A stretch of DNA of 64,000 nt from an uncultured Bacilli bacterium (GCA_944363885.1 CALVVO010000002.1:9632-73631), one strand, 5' to 3'; shown: positions 30,114-39,177, counted from the stretch's first letter. Translations and numbers: made by a program. The notes: generated from the sequence alone by a model not told the origin.

Positions 30114-31334
30114 TTAATTAATAGTAACTACATAATAATCACCATCTCTATCTTTAAATATAACTGTATTATCACCATCTGACAAAGTATTTTCCATATA
30201 ATCATTTGTATCCAAACCTAATTTATATTTATATGATCCATCTCTAGCAGAAAAAATTGCAAACGTATCATGACTAGCAATCACAAAATAATCATTAGAA
30301 AGAATGCTAGACTTTTTACTTCCTTTAGAATTAACTATATTAATAACACTTCCATCTTTCAAAACACTAATTATTTTTCCATTATTTTTATCATCTTTAG
30401 ACAATAGAGTCAAATAGTAAAGATCGTTTCCAATAAACAACTCAGATACATTCCAATCATTTACATTAATATCATCATAAATAATTTTAGTTTTGTCAGT
30501 CAGTAAATCCAAAACTTTAACTGTACCAATATCATTATTAGTAATCTCATAATATATTAGTTCATTATTATACACCTTAAATGTATTAGCTGTATTAAAT
30601 AGATAAACTCCCGTATCATTTGTATAATCATATTTATTTGTAACTAACGGTATTAATTCATCATTTTCTAAAACACATATTTTAAATTCACCAACATTTG
30701 ATACTAAAATATCGTCATTATATCTTATATCATCAGATACAAAATAAACATACACTTTACCAGTAACGTCATCAACTTCTAATTTTGGAAAATCAACCGG
30801 AGATTTCACACATCCACTTTCAATATTAATCTTATTTTCAAAATTCAAATCAGATTTTATAAGCTCCCACATGTACAAATCACTTTCAAAATCAAGTTCC
30901 AATTTAATATAATATATATAGTCATTTAAAACATAAAAATCCCAAATTCTATATTCATCAGGATATTCATAATAATCAAAATCTTTACTAATAACATCAT
31001 AAATCCAAACACCTTTTGTCAGCATAACAATATTCATCAATTCTTTTGAAAGATAATTTCCATAAATCGAATTATTTTGAAATCTTAAAACAGAAGAACT
31101 ATAGTTACCATACTTCTCTAATTCTTGTTGAATATCTGTTTTATAAATAGAACTATCTTTCAATTCCAATTTATCTTCTAAATCATAGTAGTCAACAGTC
31201 ACCTCATTAATTACTGTCTCACTATTATCAGTATCATCACGCCAAAATATAAATCTAACAGCTAATAGTATAATAATTATTAAAATAGTTATTAAAGCAA
31301 CAAAATAAAGTAAAATGTTTTTACACTTTTTCAT
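30114..31334 (-). CDS. hypothetical membrane-anchored protein with repetitive beta-rich ectodomain
   Basis: TAAGGAG RBS before MKKCKN. One N-terminal TM, then about 370 aa rich in Y/D/N with recurring motifs, as in beta-propeller-type proteins. Confidence 0.5.
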   Translation of the reverse strand: MKKCKNILLYFVALITILIIIILLAVRFIFWRDDTDNSETVINEVTVDYYDLEDKLELKDSSIYKTDIQQELEKYGNYSSSVLRFQNNSIYGNYLSKELMNIVMLTKGVWIYDVISKDFDYYEYPDEYRIWDFYVLNDYIYYIKLELDFESDLYMWELIKSDLNFENKINIESGCVKSPVDFPKLEVDDVTGKVYVYFVSDDIRYNDDILVSNVGEFKICVLENDELIPLVTNKYDYTNDTGVYLFNTANTFKVYNNELIYYEITNNDIGTVKVLDLLTDKTKIIYDDINVNDWNVSELFIGNDLYYLTLLSKDDKNNGKIISVLKDGSVINIVNSKGSKKSSILSNDYFVIASHDTFAIFSARDGSYKYKLGLDTNDYMENTLSDGDNTVIFKDRDGDYYVVTIN

Positions 31335-31359
31335 AAAAAACTCCTTAAAACACAAAATA

Positions 31360-31851
31360 TTATTCATTAAAATTTATTTTATCTAACAAACCTAAAGCTA
31401 AATCTTTTAAACTTTCATCACTTAATTTAGATAACTTAGTTAATAAATCAAAAGTATATTTACTTTGAGGGAGCATATAGCCGGATTCGCGCATTAAGTC
31501 TTCTATAATCACTTTATTAGAATGAATTAATGCTTTGATAAACTTTGAATTACTTTCATTAGATTCTAGCAATAACTTATTAAGAATCTGCACTTCTTCT
31601 ATCTTATTATGTACAACTGTTAACAAAGCGTTTATAACTTCACCATTCTTTTCTTGTTGTTTAGGCATTTCATTAGGTATCATAGTGATAGCTCTAGAAG
31701 GACAGGCATTCGCACAAGCGCCACATCCAATACACTTAGAAAAATCTATTTGACCAGTTTCATTATTACTCGCACCTGTAGGACAAACAAATAAACAAAG
31801 ACAATCTTTTGTACATATCTTAGCATTACGATAAGCATGACATTTTCTCAT
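31360..31851 (-). CDS. 4Fe-4S ferredoxin-domain protein
   Basis: CIGCGACANACP canonical cluster motif plus a second Cys-rich motif, then a C-terminal helical extension. Confidence 0.55.
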   Translation of the reverse strand: MRKCHAYRNAKICTKDCLCLFVCPTGASNNETGQIDFSKCIGCGACANACPSRAITMIPNEMPKQQEKNGEVINALLTVVHNKIEEVQILNKLLLESNESNSKFIKALIHSNKVIIEDLMRESGYMLPQSKYTFDLLTKLSKLSDESLKDLALGLLDKINFNE

Positions 31852-31852
31852 A

Positions 31853-32476
31853 CTATTTTACCTCCAATATCTTAGAATTAGGAACTTTACATACAGGACA
31901 ATAAAAAGGTGGCTCTTCACCAACATAAATAAAACCACAAATATCACATACCCAAACTTTAGTATTAAATATTTCTCCATTTTGATAACTTTTTAATAAC
32001 GATTTTATCATATTAGTAGTTTTAGTTCCCCAAGCTATAACTCTTTTAGCGCCACTGTCATTATATTTATTAGCAACATTCATAGCTTTATCATATAATT
32101 CAACATCATCATTGACTTTACCCAAAATATCTTCAACATTTCCACCTTTAGTCTCTAATTTTGAAATAAAATATTCATATAATTTTTTAAACATTTCCAT
32201 TTCTTCAAACAAATACTGTTTTTCACAACCATTGGCAAGATTAGAACAAATATATGCAAGCTCACCAACATTTAATTCACGCATATTTTCTTCAACATCA
32301 TCATTTTGATGTTCTTTTTTAACCTCTTTAGAACTACTTTCTACAATTTCTTCAAACATATCTTTTGGTGCTCCACAAATAGGACATTTCCAATCTTCTG
32401 GTAAATCCTCAAATTTTACGCTTTCTACTGAATCATCATAAATATATCCACAAATTAAACAACGATATTTTTTCAT
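31853..32476 (-). CDS. rubredoxin-like protein with N- and C-terminal Cys4 knuckles
   Basis: CLICGY...CPICGAP at the N-terminus and CDICGF...CPVCK at the C-terminus. No ExxH di-iron motifs in between. Confidence 0.55.
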   Translation of the reverse strand: MKKYRCLICGYIYDDSVESVKFEDLPEDWKCPICGAPKDMFEEIVESSSKEVKKEHQNDDVEENMRELNVGELAYICSNLANGCEKQYLFEEMEMFKKLYEYFISKLETKGGNVEDILGKVNDDVELYDKAMNVANKYNDSGAKRVIAWGTKTTNMIKSLLKSYQNGEIFNTKVWVCDICGFIYVGEEPPFYCPVCKVPNSKILEVK

Positions 32477-32561
32477 AAGTACCTCCTATACTAATTTTAT
32501 CAAAAAAAAGCACAAAGTCACAATAAAAAGTAGATAATATATAAAATTATCTACTAAATTG

Positions 32562-33659
32562 TTAATCATATTCTTTTTTACTTTTATAAATTTCTCCAGT
32601 AATCGCATCAATCTCATAATCATATTCATAATTTTGATATTTAAACTCTATTTCGTAAACTGCAATACCATTTTCATAATCAAACTCAATTTCAACATAA
32701 GACGGACTTATACCAGCATGGTCAACAGCAATTTTCTTAACCTCTTCTTTGGACAAATAATCATTATTTCCACTTGAAACATCATCACTATTCTCAAAAC
32801 TTTTATTATATTCGATAATTACACCAGTAACAGCATTAATTTCATAATCATATTCAATATTATCTGAATAAAATTCAACATCATATACCATAATTCCATC
32901 ATCTAAATCAAACTCTATATGTAACATATTTGGATTATCTACACTAGCATGATTCAAGGCAATATTTTTAGCTCTATCTTCACCAATATATTGTTTACTA
33001 CTTGCATTACCCAACTTATCAATATCTAAAGTATAAGTATCTAATAATAAATTAAGTTCATTAATTGTAAGCTTTGCCAAATCTTTAATATTTAATAAAT
33101 TATTAACTTGTACTAAAGCAGTTATCAGTTTAGCTTTACCAAGACTAATATCATTTGCATCTGCAACACCAGTTAAACTATCTGAAGAACTAAGAGTAAG
33201 ACCAATAACTGAGCCATCAATATTAGAATCTTTCAAAATATCATCAATTTCCTTTACCAATAAATTTTCCAAAGCTAAACTTTTATTAACATCTGCATTT
33301 TGAACCGAAACTAATACTGAATTCGATAAATCATTAATATAATCATTTCTAACCATAGATCCAATTATTGCATTTAAAGCAACAATAATATCAGTATTTT
33401 TTAAGTTCATATCAGAAATAAGTAATTCAAAATTATCATCAACTTCATAATCAACTATTCTATCGTTAGAATTTAACTTTAATTCAATACTAGGATTAAC
33501 ATCTATTGTAACAATAGAATACGAATTTTTATTAATTAATAAATATATAATGAATAAAGCCAAAATTATTATGCAAAGAATACCTATATAAATAAATTTC
33601 TTACTTTTATCAACTTTTTTATTTTTATTACTTTTTACATTCTTTTTATTAATTGTCAT
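32562..33659 (-). CDS. PepSY-domain membrane protein
   Basis: Start at MTINKK (GAAAGG RBS). One TM, then two C-terminal PepSY-like repeats (...DNPNMLHIEFDLDDGIMVYDVEF... and ...ISPSYVEIEFDYENGIAVYEIEF...). Confidence 0.6.
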   Translation of the reverse strand: MTINKKNVKSNKNKKVDKSKKFIYIGILCIIILALFIIYLLINKNSYSIVTIDVNPSIELKLNSNDRIVDYEVDDNFELLISDMNLKNTDIIVALNAIIGSMVRNDYINDLSNSVLVSVQNADVNKSLALENLLVKEIDDILKDSNIDGSVIGLTLSSSDSLTGVADANDISLGKAKLITALVQVNNLLNIKDLAKLTINELNLLLDTYTLDIDKLGNASSKQYIGEDRAKNIALNHASVDNPNMLHIEFDLDDGIMVYDVEFYSDNIEYDYEINAVTGVIIEYNKSFENSDDVSSGNNDYLSKEEVKKIAVDHAGISPSYVEIEFDYENGIAVYEIEFKYQNYEYDYEIDAITGEIYKSKKEYD

Positions 33660-33974
33660 AATACCCGCCTTTCTAAAATAATTATACATAAAGTTTATAT
33701 CAAATAAAAGTGTTTTCACATAAACAAAAAAATAAAAAAATAAGTGTAAATGTATACACCTAATATAGCTATAAAATAGAATTATTATATTGTAAATTAA
33801 CACAACTCAATAATAATATAATTAATATGTCACTTTTATCTAAAATATGTTACAATATCTATGGAGGTTTAGATTTTTGATGATTTTATCAATAATCTAA
33901 ACTTTTTGCCTATTCGAATATAAATTGTCAAATATATCACCTCCAAGAAATACATTTACATTTTCGAAAAAAAA

Positions 33975-34003
33975 GCAATACTCTCGTCAGAGAGTATTTT
34001 TAA
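33975..34003 (-). terminator. rho-independent terminator at the end of the tRNA operon
   Basis: Hairpin aatactctc / gagagtatt, followed on the minus strand by a T8 run. Confidence 0.45.
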
Positions 34004-34261
34004 ATTTTCCAAACTGCTAAATTATCAGCATCACTTTGTGTTTTAGCAACTTTAACCCAAAAAGCAAATTTAAAACAAATCAGAATTCATGATTTTAGGC
34101 ATTCATGTGCTAGTTTATTAATAAACAGTGGTGTAAGTATCGCACTCGTTGCAAAATATTTAGGACACAGCAATATTTCAACAACATTAAACACATACAC
34201 ACATATGTTCAAAACTGAAATGGAAGAGATAACTAAAATTATAGAAAATCTGAAAAAATAG
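34004..34261 (+). pseudogene. tyrosine recombinase (phage integrase) C-terminal fragment
   Basis: Open frame with no start codon ending ...IRIHDFRHSCASLLINSGVSIALVAKYLGHSNISTTLNTYTHMF. This carries the HxxR box and the catalytic-Tyr region of integrases. It ends 83 bp from the 3' end of tRNA-Phe. Confidence 0.7.
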
Positions 34262-34344
34262 TGCCTAATTAGTACCTAAAGGCATTTTGCAAATAAAAAA
34301 AGCCCTAAAAAATGGACTTTACAAACGTCATGGTGGTTTCAGTT

Positions 34345-34420
34345 GGAATCGAACCAACGACACCAAGATTTTCAGTCTTGTGCTCTACCGACTGAGCTAT
34401 GAAACCAAATGGCGGTTCCG
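34345..34420 (-). tRNA. tRNA-Phe(GAA)
   Basis: 76-nt cloverleaf, anticodon GAA, encoded CCA. Confidence 0.9.
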
Positions 34421-34423
34421 ACG

Positions 34424-34499
34424 GGAATTGAACCCGCGATCCCTCGCGTGACAGGCGAGTGTGATAACCGCTACACCACGGAACCATTGGTTGCGGGAG
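34424..34499 (-). tRNA. tRNA-Asp(GTC)
   Basis: 76-nt cloverleaf, anticodon GTC, encoded CCA. Confidence 0.9.
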
Positions 34500-34501
34500 C
34501 T

Positions 34502-34578
<77 letters not shown>

Positions 34579-34590
34579 GCGGAGGAAAAG

Positions 34591-34683
34591 GGATTCGAAC
34601 CCCTGCGCCGGTTTCCCGACCTCCCGGTTTTCAAGACCGGTCCCTTCAACCAGACTTGGGTATTCCTCCATAAAGTTGGTGCC
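34591..34683 (-). tRNA. tRNA-Ser(TGA)
   Basis: 93 nt with a long variable arm. Anticodon TGA. Confidence 0.9.
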
Positions 34684-34690
34684 TCGGGCC

Positions 34691-34779
34691 GGAGTCGAAC
34701 CGGCACGAGCTTTAATACTCGAGGGATTTTAAGTCCCTTGCGTCTACCTATTCCGCCACCGAGGCATCAATAATATAAA
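34691..34779 (-). tRNA. tRNA-Leu(TAA)
   Basis: 89 nt with a long variable arm. Anticodon TAA. Confidence 0.9.
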
Positions 34780-34798
34780 TAAAATGGTGACCCGCTGG

Positions 34799-34874
34799 AG
34801 ATTCGAACTCCAGACCCTTTGATTAAAAGTCAAATGCTCTACCGACTGAGCTAGCGGGTCATAACTAAAAAGTG
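34799..34874 (-). tRNA. tRNA-Lys(TTT)
   Basis: 76-nt cloverleaf, anticodon TTT. Confidence 0.9.
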
Positions 34875-34886
34875 GTTGCCTCGGTT

Positions 34887-34961
34887 AGATTCGAACTAAC
34901 GAATGCAAGAGTCAAAGTCTTGTGCCTTACCACTTGGCTACGAGGCAATAATCTAAGTGGT
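34887..34961 (-). tRNA. tRNA-Gln(TTG)
   Basis: 75 nt with a U1:A72 pair and a 3-bp D-stem typical of tRNA-Gln. Anticodon TTG. Confidence 0.85.
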
Positions 34962-34971
34962 GGGGAGACAT

Positions 34972-35055
34972 GGATTCGAACCATGGAACTCGAAAGAACA
35001 GATTTACAGTCTGCCGCGTTTGACCACTTCGCTATCTCCCCATAAAAATGGTGCC
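34972..35055 (-). tRNA. tRNA-Tyr(GTA)
   Basis: 84 nt with a long variable arm. Anticodon GTA. Confidence 0.9.
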
Positions 35056-35102
35056 GAAAACAGGAATCGAACCCGTAACCTACTGATTCATACTACTATA
35101 GT

Positions 35103-35711
35103 TTTCACTACCACCAAAGTGTTTGTAGTCTGGACTTTCTCTTTACCATATTATAAATAATTTAGGTACACCGTATAAAGTCTCTACACTCGATTTTCAT
35201 CTAGCTCGGGATTGCCATATAAACTATATCTTTTTCTATCCTTACGACCATTTCCTCTATTTGCACCTTTATAAGTGCAAGTCAAAGAATGACAATTAGG
35301 ACATAAAAGAATAAGGTTTTCCTCTGAATTGTTTAAATAATTTCCATCGATATGTTCAATTTCCAATGGAATTTTACCACTGAACTTATTAATTTCTCCC
35401 CATCCACAAATAGCACATTTATTATTATATTTTTCAAATAAGTATCTGTGAATGTATAATGAAATTTGATATCTTCCTCGAAGACCATTTTTTAAACCAT
35501 TCTTCCATTCAGAAATATAGTTTTTGTATTCATACTCTTTTTGACACAAATTACTACAAAATTTTAAATTTTTAGTAAATTTACCACAAAAAGCACAATA
35601 CATAAACTCCCCTTTCAAATTTAATTAGGTTTCCCCGAATTAGCGGTGTCCACCTTGAATGTTTCCAAACAAGGGTGCAAGATAGTTCAAAAGTACCAAG
35701 TACCCTATCCC
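35103..35711 (-). mobile_element. group I-like intron (IC3-like) with HNH homing-endonuclease ORF in tRNA-Thr anticodon loop
   Basis: The upstream exon ends in U and the intron ends in G (omega-G). Near the 5' end, ...GGTGGACACCGCTAATTCGGGGAAACCTAA... resembles the P3-P4-P5 region of tRNA-type IC3 introns. Near the 3' end there is a CAGACTA P7-like element and a GAAA-tetraloop hairpin. The ORF occupies the region where P6 would lie. Confidence 0.55.
35184..35603 (-). CDS. HNH homing endonuclease (intron-encoded)
   Basis: N-terminal Cys4 (CAFCGK...CSNLC) and an HNH core (CAICGW...EIEHIDGN...LLCPNCH). AAAGGGGAG RBS before MYCAF; the track ORF starts 15 nt earlier. Confidence 0.75.
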   Translation of the reverse strand: MYCAFCGKFTKNLKFCSNLCQKEYEYKNYISEWKNGLKNGLRGRYQISLYIHRYLFEKYNNKCAICGWGEINKFSGKIPLEIEHIDGNYLNNSEENLILLCPNCHSLTCTYKGANRGNGRKDRKRYSLYGNPELDENRV

Positions 35712-35754
35712 ACAAGTCAGTTGCTCTACCAATTGAGCTATTTCGGCAAATAAA

Positions 35755-35831
35755 TGGTGGGCGATGAGAGACTCGAACTCCCGACCCTCTGCTTGTAAGG
35801 CAGATGCTCTAACCAACTGAGCTAATCGCCC
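35755..35831 (-). tRNA. tRNA-Val(TAC)
   Basis: 77-nt cloverleaf, anticodon TAC. First gene of the operon. Confidence 0.9.
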
Positions 35832-35851
35832 ATTACTTCTTGACGTTTATA

Positions 35852-35880
35852 AATATAACATTTTAGTATTTTGATGTCAA
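35852..35880 (-). promoter_or_regulatory. sigma-A-type promoter of the tRNA operon
   Basis: On the minus strand: TTGACA, 17 nt, TATATT, about 20 nt upstream of the tRNA-Val 5' end. Confidence 0.5.
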
Positions 35881-35902
35881 GCAAAACTGAAGATTTTTAT
35901 CA

Positions 35903-36256
35903 TTATTTTTCATCTAATTCTTTCATTTTTTCCTCAGTCCAAATAGGAAGATTTTCTTCAAGTAATTTAAAACCCTGGCCATTTTCAGGAATTTTCGACA
36001 AAGTTTGCTCCACATTATAATCAATTTGTTTTATAGACAATTTCACCTGACTCTTACTTTCATCAATTTCCATAACTTTAACATTTATAATATCTCCTAT
36101 TTTGAACTTACTACTTAAATCTCTTATAAACTTATTGGAAACTTCAGAAATATGAACCATGCCCGTATAATCATCCATTAGACTAACAAAAACTCCATAA
36201 ACTGTAATTCCAGTTATTTGGCCTTTAACAATATCTCCTACTTTAATATTACTCAT
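35903..36256 (-). CDS. S1-domain RNA-binding protein (YugI/general-stress-protein-13-like)
   Basis: 117 aa. The N-terminal 70 aa form an S1 fold (VGDIVKGQITGITVYGVFVSL...GMVHISEV). Confidence 0.7.
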   Translation of the reverse strand: MSNIKVGDIVKGQITGITVYGVFVSLMDDYTGMVHISEVSNKFIRDLSSKFKIGDIINVKVMEIDESKSQVKLSIKQIDYNVEQTLSKIPENGQGFKLLEENLPIWTEEKMKELDEK

Positions 36257-36363
36257 AAACCAATCACATATACATTATACCACGATTTTTTACAAAATAC
36301 TTGCAATTTTTATTTGAATGTGTATATAATATTAATGCAATTCAGATTTAACCTAAGAGTGTT

Positions 36364-36440
36364 GTCCTCATAGCTCAATTGGATAGAGCGTTTGACTACG
36401 GATCAAAAGGTTAGGGGTTCGACTCCTCTTGGGGACGCCA
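36364..36440 (+). tRNA. tRNA-Arg(ACG)
   Basis: 77-nt cloverleaf, anticodon ACG. Confidence 0.9.
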
Positions 36441-36444
36441 TAAA

Positions 36445-36521
36445 CGGGAAGTGGCTCAATTTGGTAGAGCACTCGGTTTGGGACCGAGTGGTTGCAGGTT
36501 CAAATCCTGTCTTCCCGACCA
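36445..36521 (+). tRNA. tRNA-Pro(TGG)
   Basis: 77 nt with a C1:G72 pair typical of bacterial tRNA-Pro. Anticodon TGG. Confidence 0.9.
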
Positions 36522-36528
36522 TTTAAAA

Positions 36529-36562
36529 AATCAAATCTCTTAATTAAGAGATTTTTTAATTA
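36529..36562. terminator. bidirectional rho-independent terminator
   Basis: Hairpin atctcttaat / taagagat, flanked by A- and T-runs on both strands. Confidence 0.5.
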
Positions 36563-37474
36563 AGAAAATTTTCTAATTAACCATTCGATTTTAGGAATAT
36601 TGTAATATTTATTAATTAGAAAATATATATCATTTAACAAATCCTCATATTCTTCAGATTTTAAAATAACCTTATCCAACACACTTTCATCTTTTTCACC
36701 CTCAAGAATAAGTTTACACAAGTCAAAAAAATAAGAAGGATACATCAACCTAGCAAAAAGAAGCATCAAACTAGATCTAGAAAATTTATGGCTATTCAAA
36801 AGTTCCTCAATTTCACTAAAATCGAAAGAATGAAAAATAAATTTATTTTTTATGTATTCTGCAATATCACGAACATCGTAATCAAAAGTAAAAGTCAAAG
36901 GATTATACAAATACAAAAAAGTATTATCAACCCCGACTCTATTATGATTAATAGTTACCAACAAATCATCTTTTTTTAAAAACACATCTTTACAATAACT
37001 TATTGCATTTTCTGCCATGCCTAAATAATAAGGGAAAATTTCTTGTAATAATGGATATTCTTTATTCAGATCAGCTATTGTATTTTCGAGCAAATCTACT
37101 TTGTCACTCCACACTAAATACCAAGGCTTAATATTCAAATTATAATTATAACTACTAAGTGAATAATTAAATTTAGAAACGTCTTTTAAAGTATAATTAT
37201 CTCTTAAAGCCCCATTAATTCTCAATAAAACATAATTTTCTCCATCCACTTCAGCAAACAAATTACCAAGAACAGTTGGAACAAATGTATTAACATAAAT
37301 TTTTTTATAATAAAGTCGATTAGAAACATCAGCTAAAACGTTTAAATTACTTACGTCTCCGCTATATGTCATAAATAAATACTCATAATCTTTTACAAAA
37401 AAACGAAAACCATTATCTGTAGAATACAGTTTAACTGGAAATAATTTATAAAAATTATTAATAACATTTTTCAC
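36560..37474 (-). CDS. hypothetical protein (possibly CotS/YutH-like; weak)
   Basis: 304 aa with a size and hydrophobic/aromatic pattern reminiscent of the spore-coat CotS family. No diagnostic motif confirmed. Confidence 0.35.
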   Translation of the reverse strand: MKNVINNFYKLFPVKLYSTDNGFRFFVKDYEYLFMTYSGDVSNLNVLADVSNRLYYKKIYVNTFVPTVLGNLFAEVDGENYVLLRINGALRDNYTLKDVSKFNYSLSSYNYNLNIKPWYLVWSDKVDLLENTIADLNKEYPLLQEIFPYYLGMAENAISYCKDVFLKKDDLLVTINHNRVGVDNTFLYLYNPLTFTFDYDVRDIAEYIKNKFIFHSFDFSEIEELLNSHKFSRSSLMLLFARLMYPSYFFDLCKLILEGEKDESVLDKVILKSEEYEDLLNDIYFLINKYYNIPKIEWLIRKFS

Positions 37475-37526
37475 AATTATTCACCAGTAAATTATATTTA
37501 ATAAAATGAAAAAAAGACCGAAGTCT

Positions 37527-37775
37527 TTAATTTTTAAGCTTATAAGCAAAGTCCTCTCCTTTTCCACCTTCTGCATCAGAATTATAATTTTGAATTGCCT
37601 GACTCAAAGTATTTTCAGCAGCCCTTTGCCTTTCCACCGCAACTTTTGCATCATTTTGAGACTTATGAGCTAATCGAAGTGCCTCATCTAACGCCTCATT
37701 TTTAATACTAATAAACTTTTGAAGTTTAGAAATTTTATCTAAACATTCTTGAGAAGGATTAATTTTTTCTTCCAT
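37527..37775 (-). CDS. hypothetical small alpha-helical protein
   Basis: 82 aa, predicted helical or coiled-coil. Confidence 0.4.
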   Translation of the reverse strand: MEEKINPSQECLDKISKLQKFISIKNEALDEALRLAHKSQNDAKVAVERQRAAENTLSQAIQNYNSDAEGGKGEDFAYKLKN

Positions 37776-37778
37776 CAG

Positions 37779-38537
37779 TTAAACTACCTTTTTAAAACCT
37801 TGATCATTGACAACTTGATCAATTGCATTAGAATAAGCCGCATTATCTGCTTTTAACTGTTGTAAATTTTTCATCATCTGCATAACCAAATTCATTTGTT
37901 CTCTTTGAGACTTTACTAAAGCATCTTCCATAGCAGACTTAGCTCTATCATATATTTCCTGAGATTTAATCATAAATTCGTCTAAGTCAACAAGCCCACT
38001 TTCAGCAGGAACTTGAGTCATCTCCTGCTGTACAACAGGTTCTGGCTCAACATTTTCTCTAACGACTGGGGCATCAAAAATATTACTACTTTCCACCACA
38101 GGTTCAGGCTGTGATGCAACAGAAGGTTGATTAACAGTTTGTTGTGGAGCAACTGATGATTGACTGACAGTTGACTGAGGTGTTGCGACAGGATCTGGAA
38201 TATTAATATTTCCGACATTAACACTAGTTGCTCCTGGCGCAGCTGGTGTAACAGACGAAGCTGGCTCATTATAAGCCATACCAGGTGCATTTTGTTGTAT
38301 TACTTCATCAGAAGTTACTTTATTAGCCACATTTTGAGCATCAGAAACATTTTGAATTTCCGGCTCTTGAACAGTTAACTGTGGTTCAACAACCGTTTCA
38401 GGGCCAGCAACAATTTCAGGCTCTCTCATGTTAGCAGCATTAGCTAATTTTTCCATATCTGCATTTTTAAGCGCAATAACTCTATATCCATCAAAAACAG
38501 ACTGATTAGCAGCATTGTAATTAAAATTTCTCATCAC
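37779..38537 (-). CDS. hypothetical protein with low-complexity P/Q/V-rich linker and helical C-terminal domain
   Basis: 252 aa. Central linker (PEIVAGPETVVEPQLTVQEPEIQ...SVAPQQTVNQPSVASQPEPVV). 4-nt gap to the downstream gene. Confidence 0.4.
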   Translation of the reverse strand: MMRNFNYNAANQSVFDGYRVIALKNADMEKLANAANMREPEIVAGPETVVEPQLTVQEPEIQNVSDAQNVANKVTSDEVIQQNAPGMAYNEPASSVTPAAPGATSVNVGNINIPDPVATPQSTVSQSSVAPQQTVNQPSVASQPEPVVESSNIFDAPVVRENVEPEPVVQQEMTQVPAESGLVDLDEFMIKSQEIYDRAKSAMEDALVKSQREQMNLVMQMMKNLQQLKADNAAYSNAIDQVVNDQGFKKVV

Positions 38538-38538
38538 A

Positions 38539-38796
38539 CTATCCTCCTTGTACTATTTCTTTCATAGCTTGTTTTACTTTATCCCAAATAGTCTCATCAG
38601 TTATACCCACAAGTTTATAAATACCCGGAGATTCTTCAATAACTTCAGAAACATACACTTTACTCATACCTTCACCAGCAGTTTCACCCTTTGATAAAAT
38701 AATAAAATTTTTATTAATATCTTCAATACCAAAAGAGTTTATCAAATCCACTTCTTCCATCGTGCCATCCATATTTTTAATAGTTATTTTTTTCAT
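38539..38796 (-). CDS. DUF1292/UPF0473-family protein
   Basis: 85 aa from MKKITIK (AGGAG RBS). The pattern ITIKNMDGTMEEVDLINSF...SKVYVSEVIE...YKLVGITDETIWDKV fits the DUF1292 architecture. Confidence 0.55.
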   Translation of the reverse strand: MKKITIKNMDGTMEEVDLINSFGIEDINKNFIILSKGETAGEGMSKVYVSEVIEESPGIYKLVGITDETIWDKVKQAMKEIVQGG

Positions 38797-38846
38797 ATTC
38801 ACACTCCTATTATCAAATATAATTTTAGCACATATTACTCTCTTTA

Positions 38847-39134
38847 TCAAACATTTTCTTTCTTTAATATAAAATATTTGCAATCATAAGAACAATTTTC
38901 CTTTAAATATTTTTCTAATTTATCATAATCATTAATTGAATTAAAACCACTACTACTTTTAAGATTAAACCCTTTTAACCTTAACTTACCATAAGAAATG
39001 TCTCCAACTATATAATCATAATCATAAAAATAATCAGTAAACTTACTTAAAAATTCTGCTTCATCAAATGCATCTTTATAATCTTTAACCAATTTATATT
39101 TTTTTCCATCAACATCTATTATCATATATATCAC
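38847..39134 (-). CDS. hypothetical protein
   Basis: 95-aa ORF, Y/D/K-rich. Confidence 0.35.
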   Translation of the reverse strand: MIYMIIDVDGKKYKLVKDYKDAFDEAEFLSKFTDYFYDYDYIVGDISYGKLRLKGFNLKSSSGFNSINDYDKLEKYLKENCSYDCKYFILKKENV

Positions 39135-39177
39135 ATCATAATATTATCACATTAACTAAAACATATCAAATGCTAAA

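Larger units (their letters stand above)
35063..35747 (-). tRNA. tRNA-Thr(TGT) interrupted by an intron (exons 35712-35747 and 35063-35102)
   Basis: The 36-nt 5' exon GCCGAAATAGCTCAATTGGTAGAGCAACTGACTTGT and the 40-nt 3' exon AATCAGTAGGTTACGGGTTCGATTCCTGTTTTCGGCACCA join into a 76-nt cloverleaf with every stem paired. The anticodon is UGU. The 609-nt intervening sequence sits between nt 36 and 37. Confidence 0.8.

Noticed and set aside
35063-35102. Isolated tRNA 3' half (T-arm + acceptor + CCA) next to tRNA-Tyr, first read as an att-site duplication from an integrated element
   Set aside because: The matching 5' half (GCCGAAA...) lies 609 nt upstream on the same strand, and the two join into a perfect tRNA-Thr. 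It is exon 2 of an intron-containing tRNA, not an att remnant.
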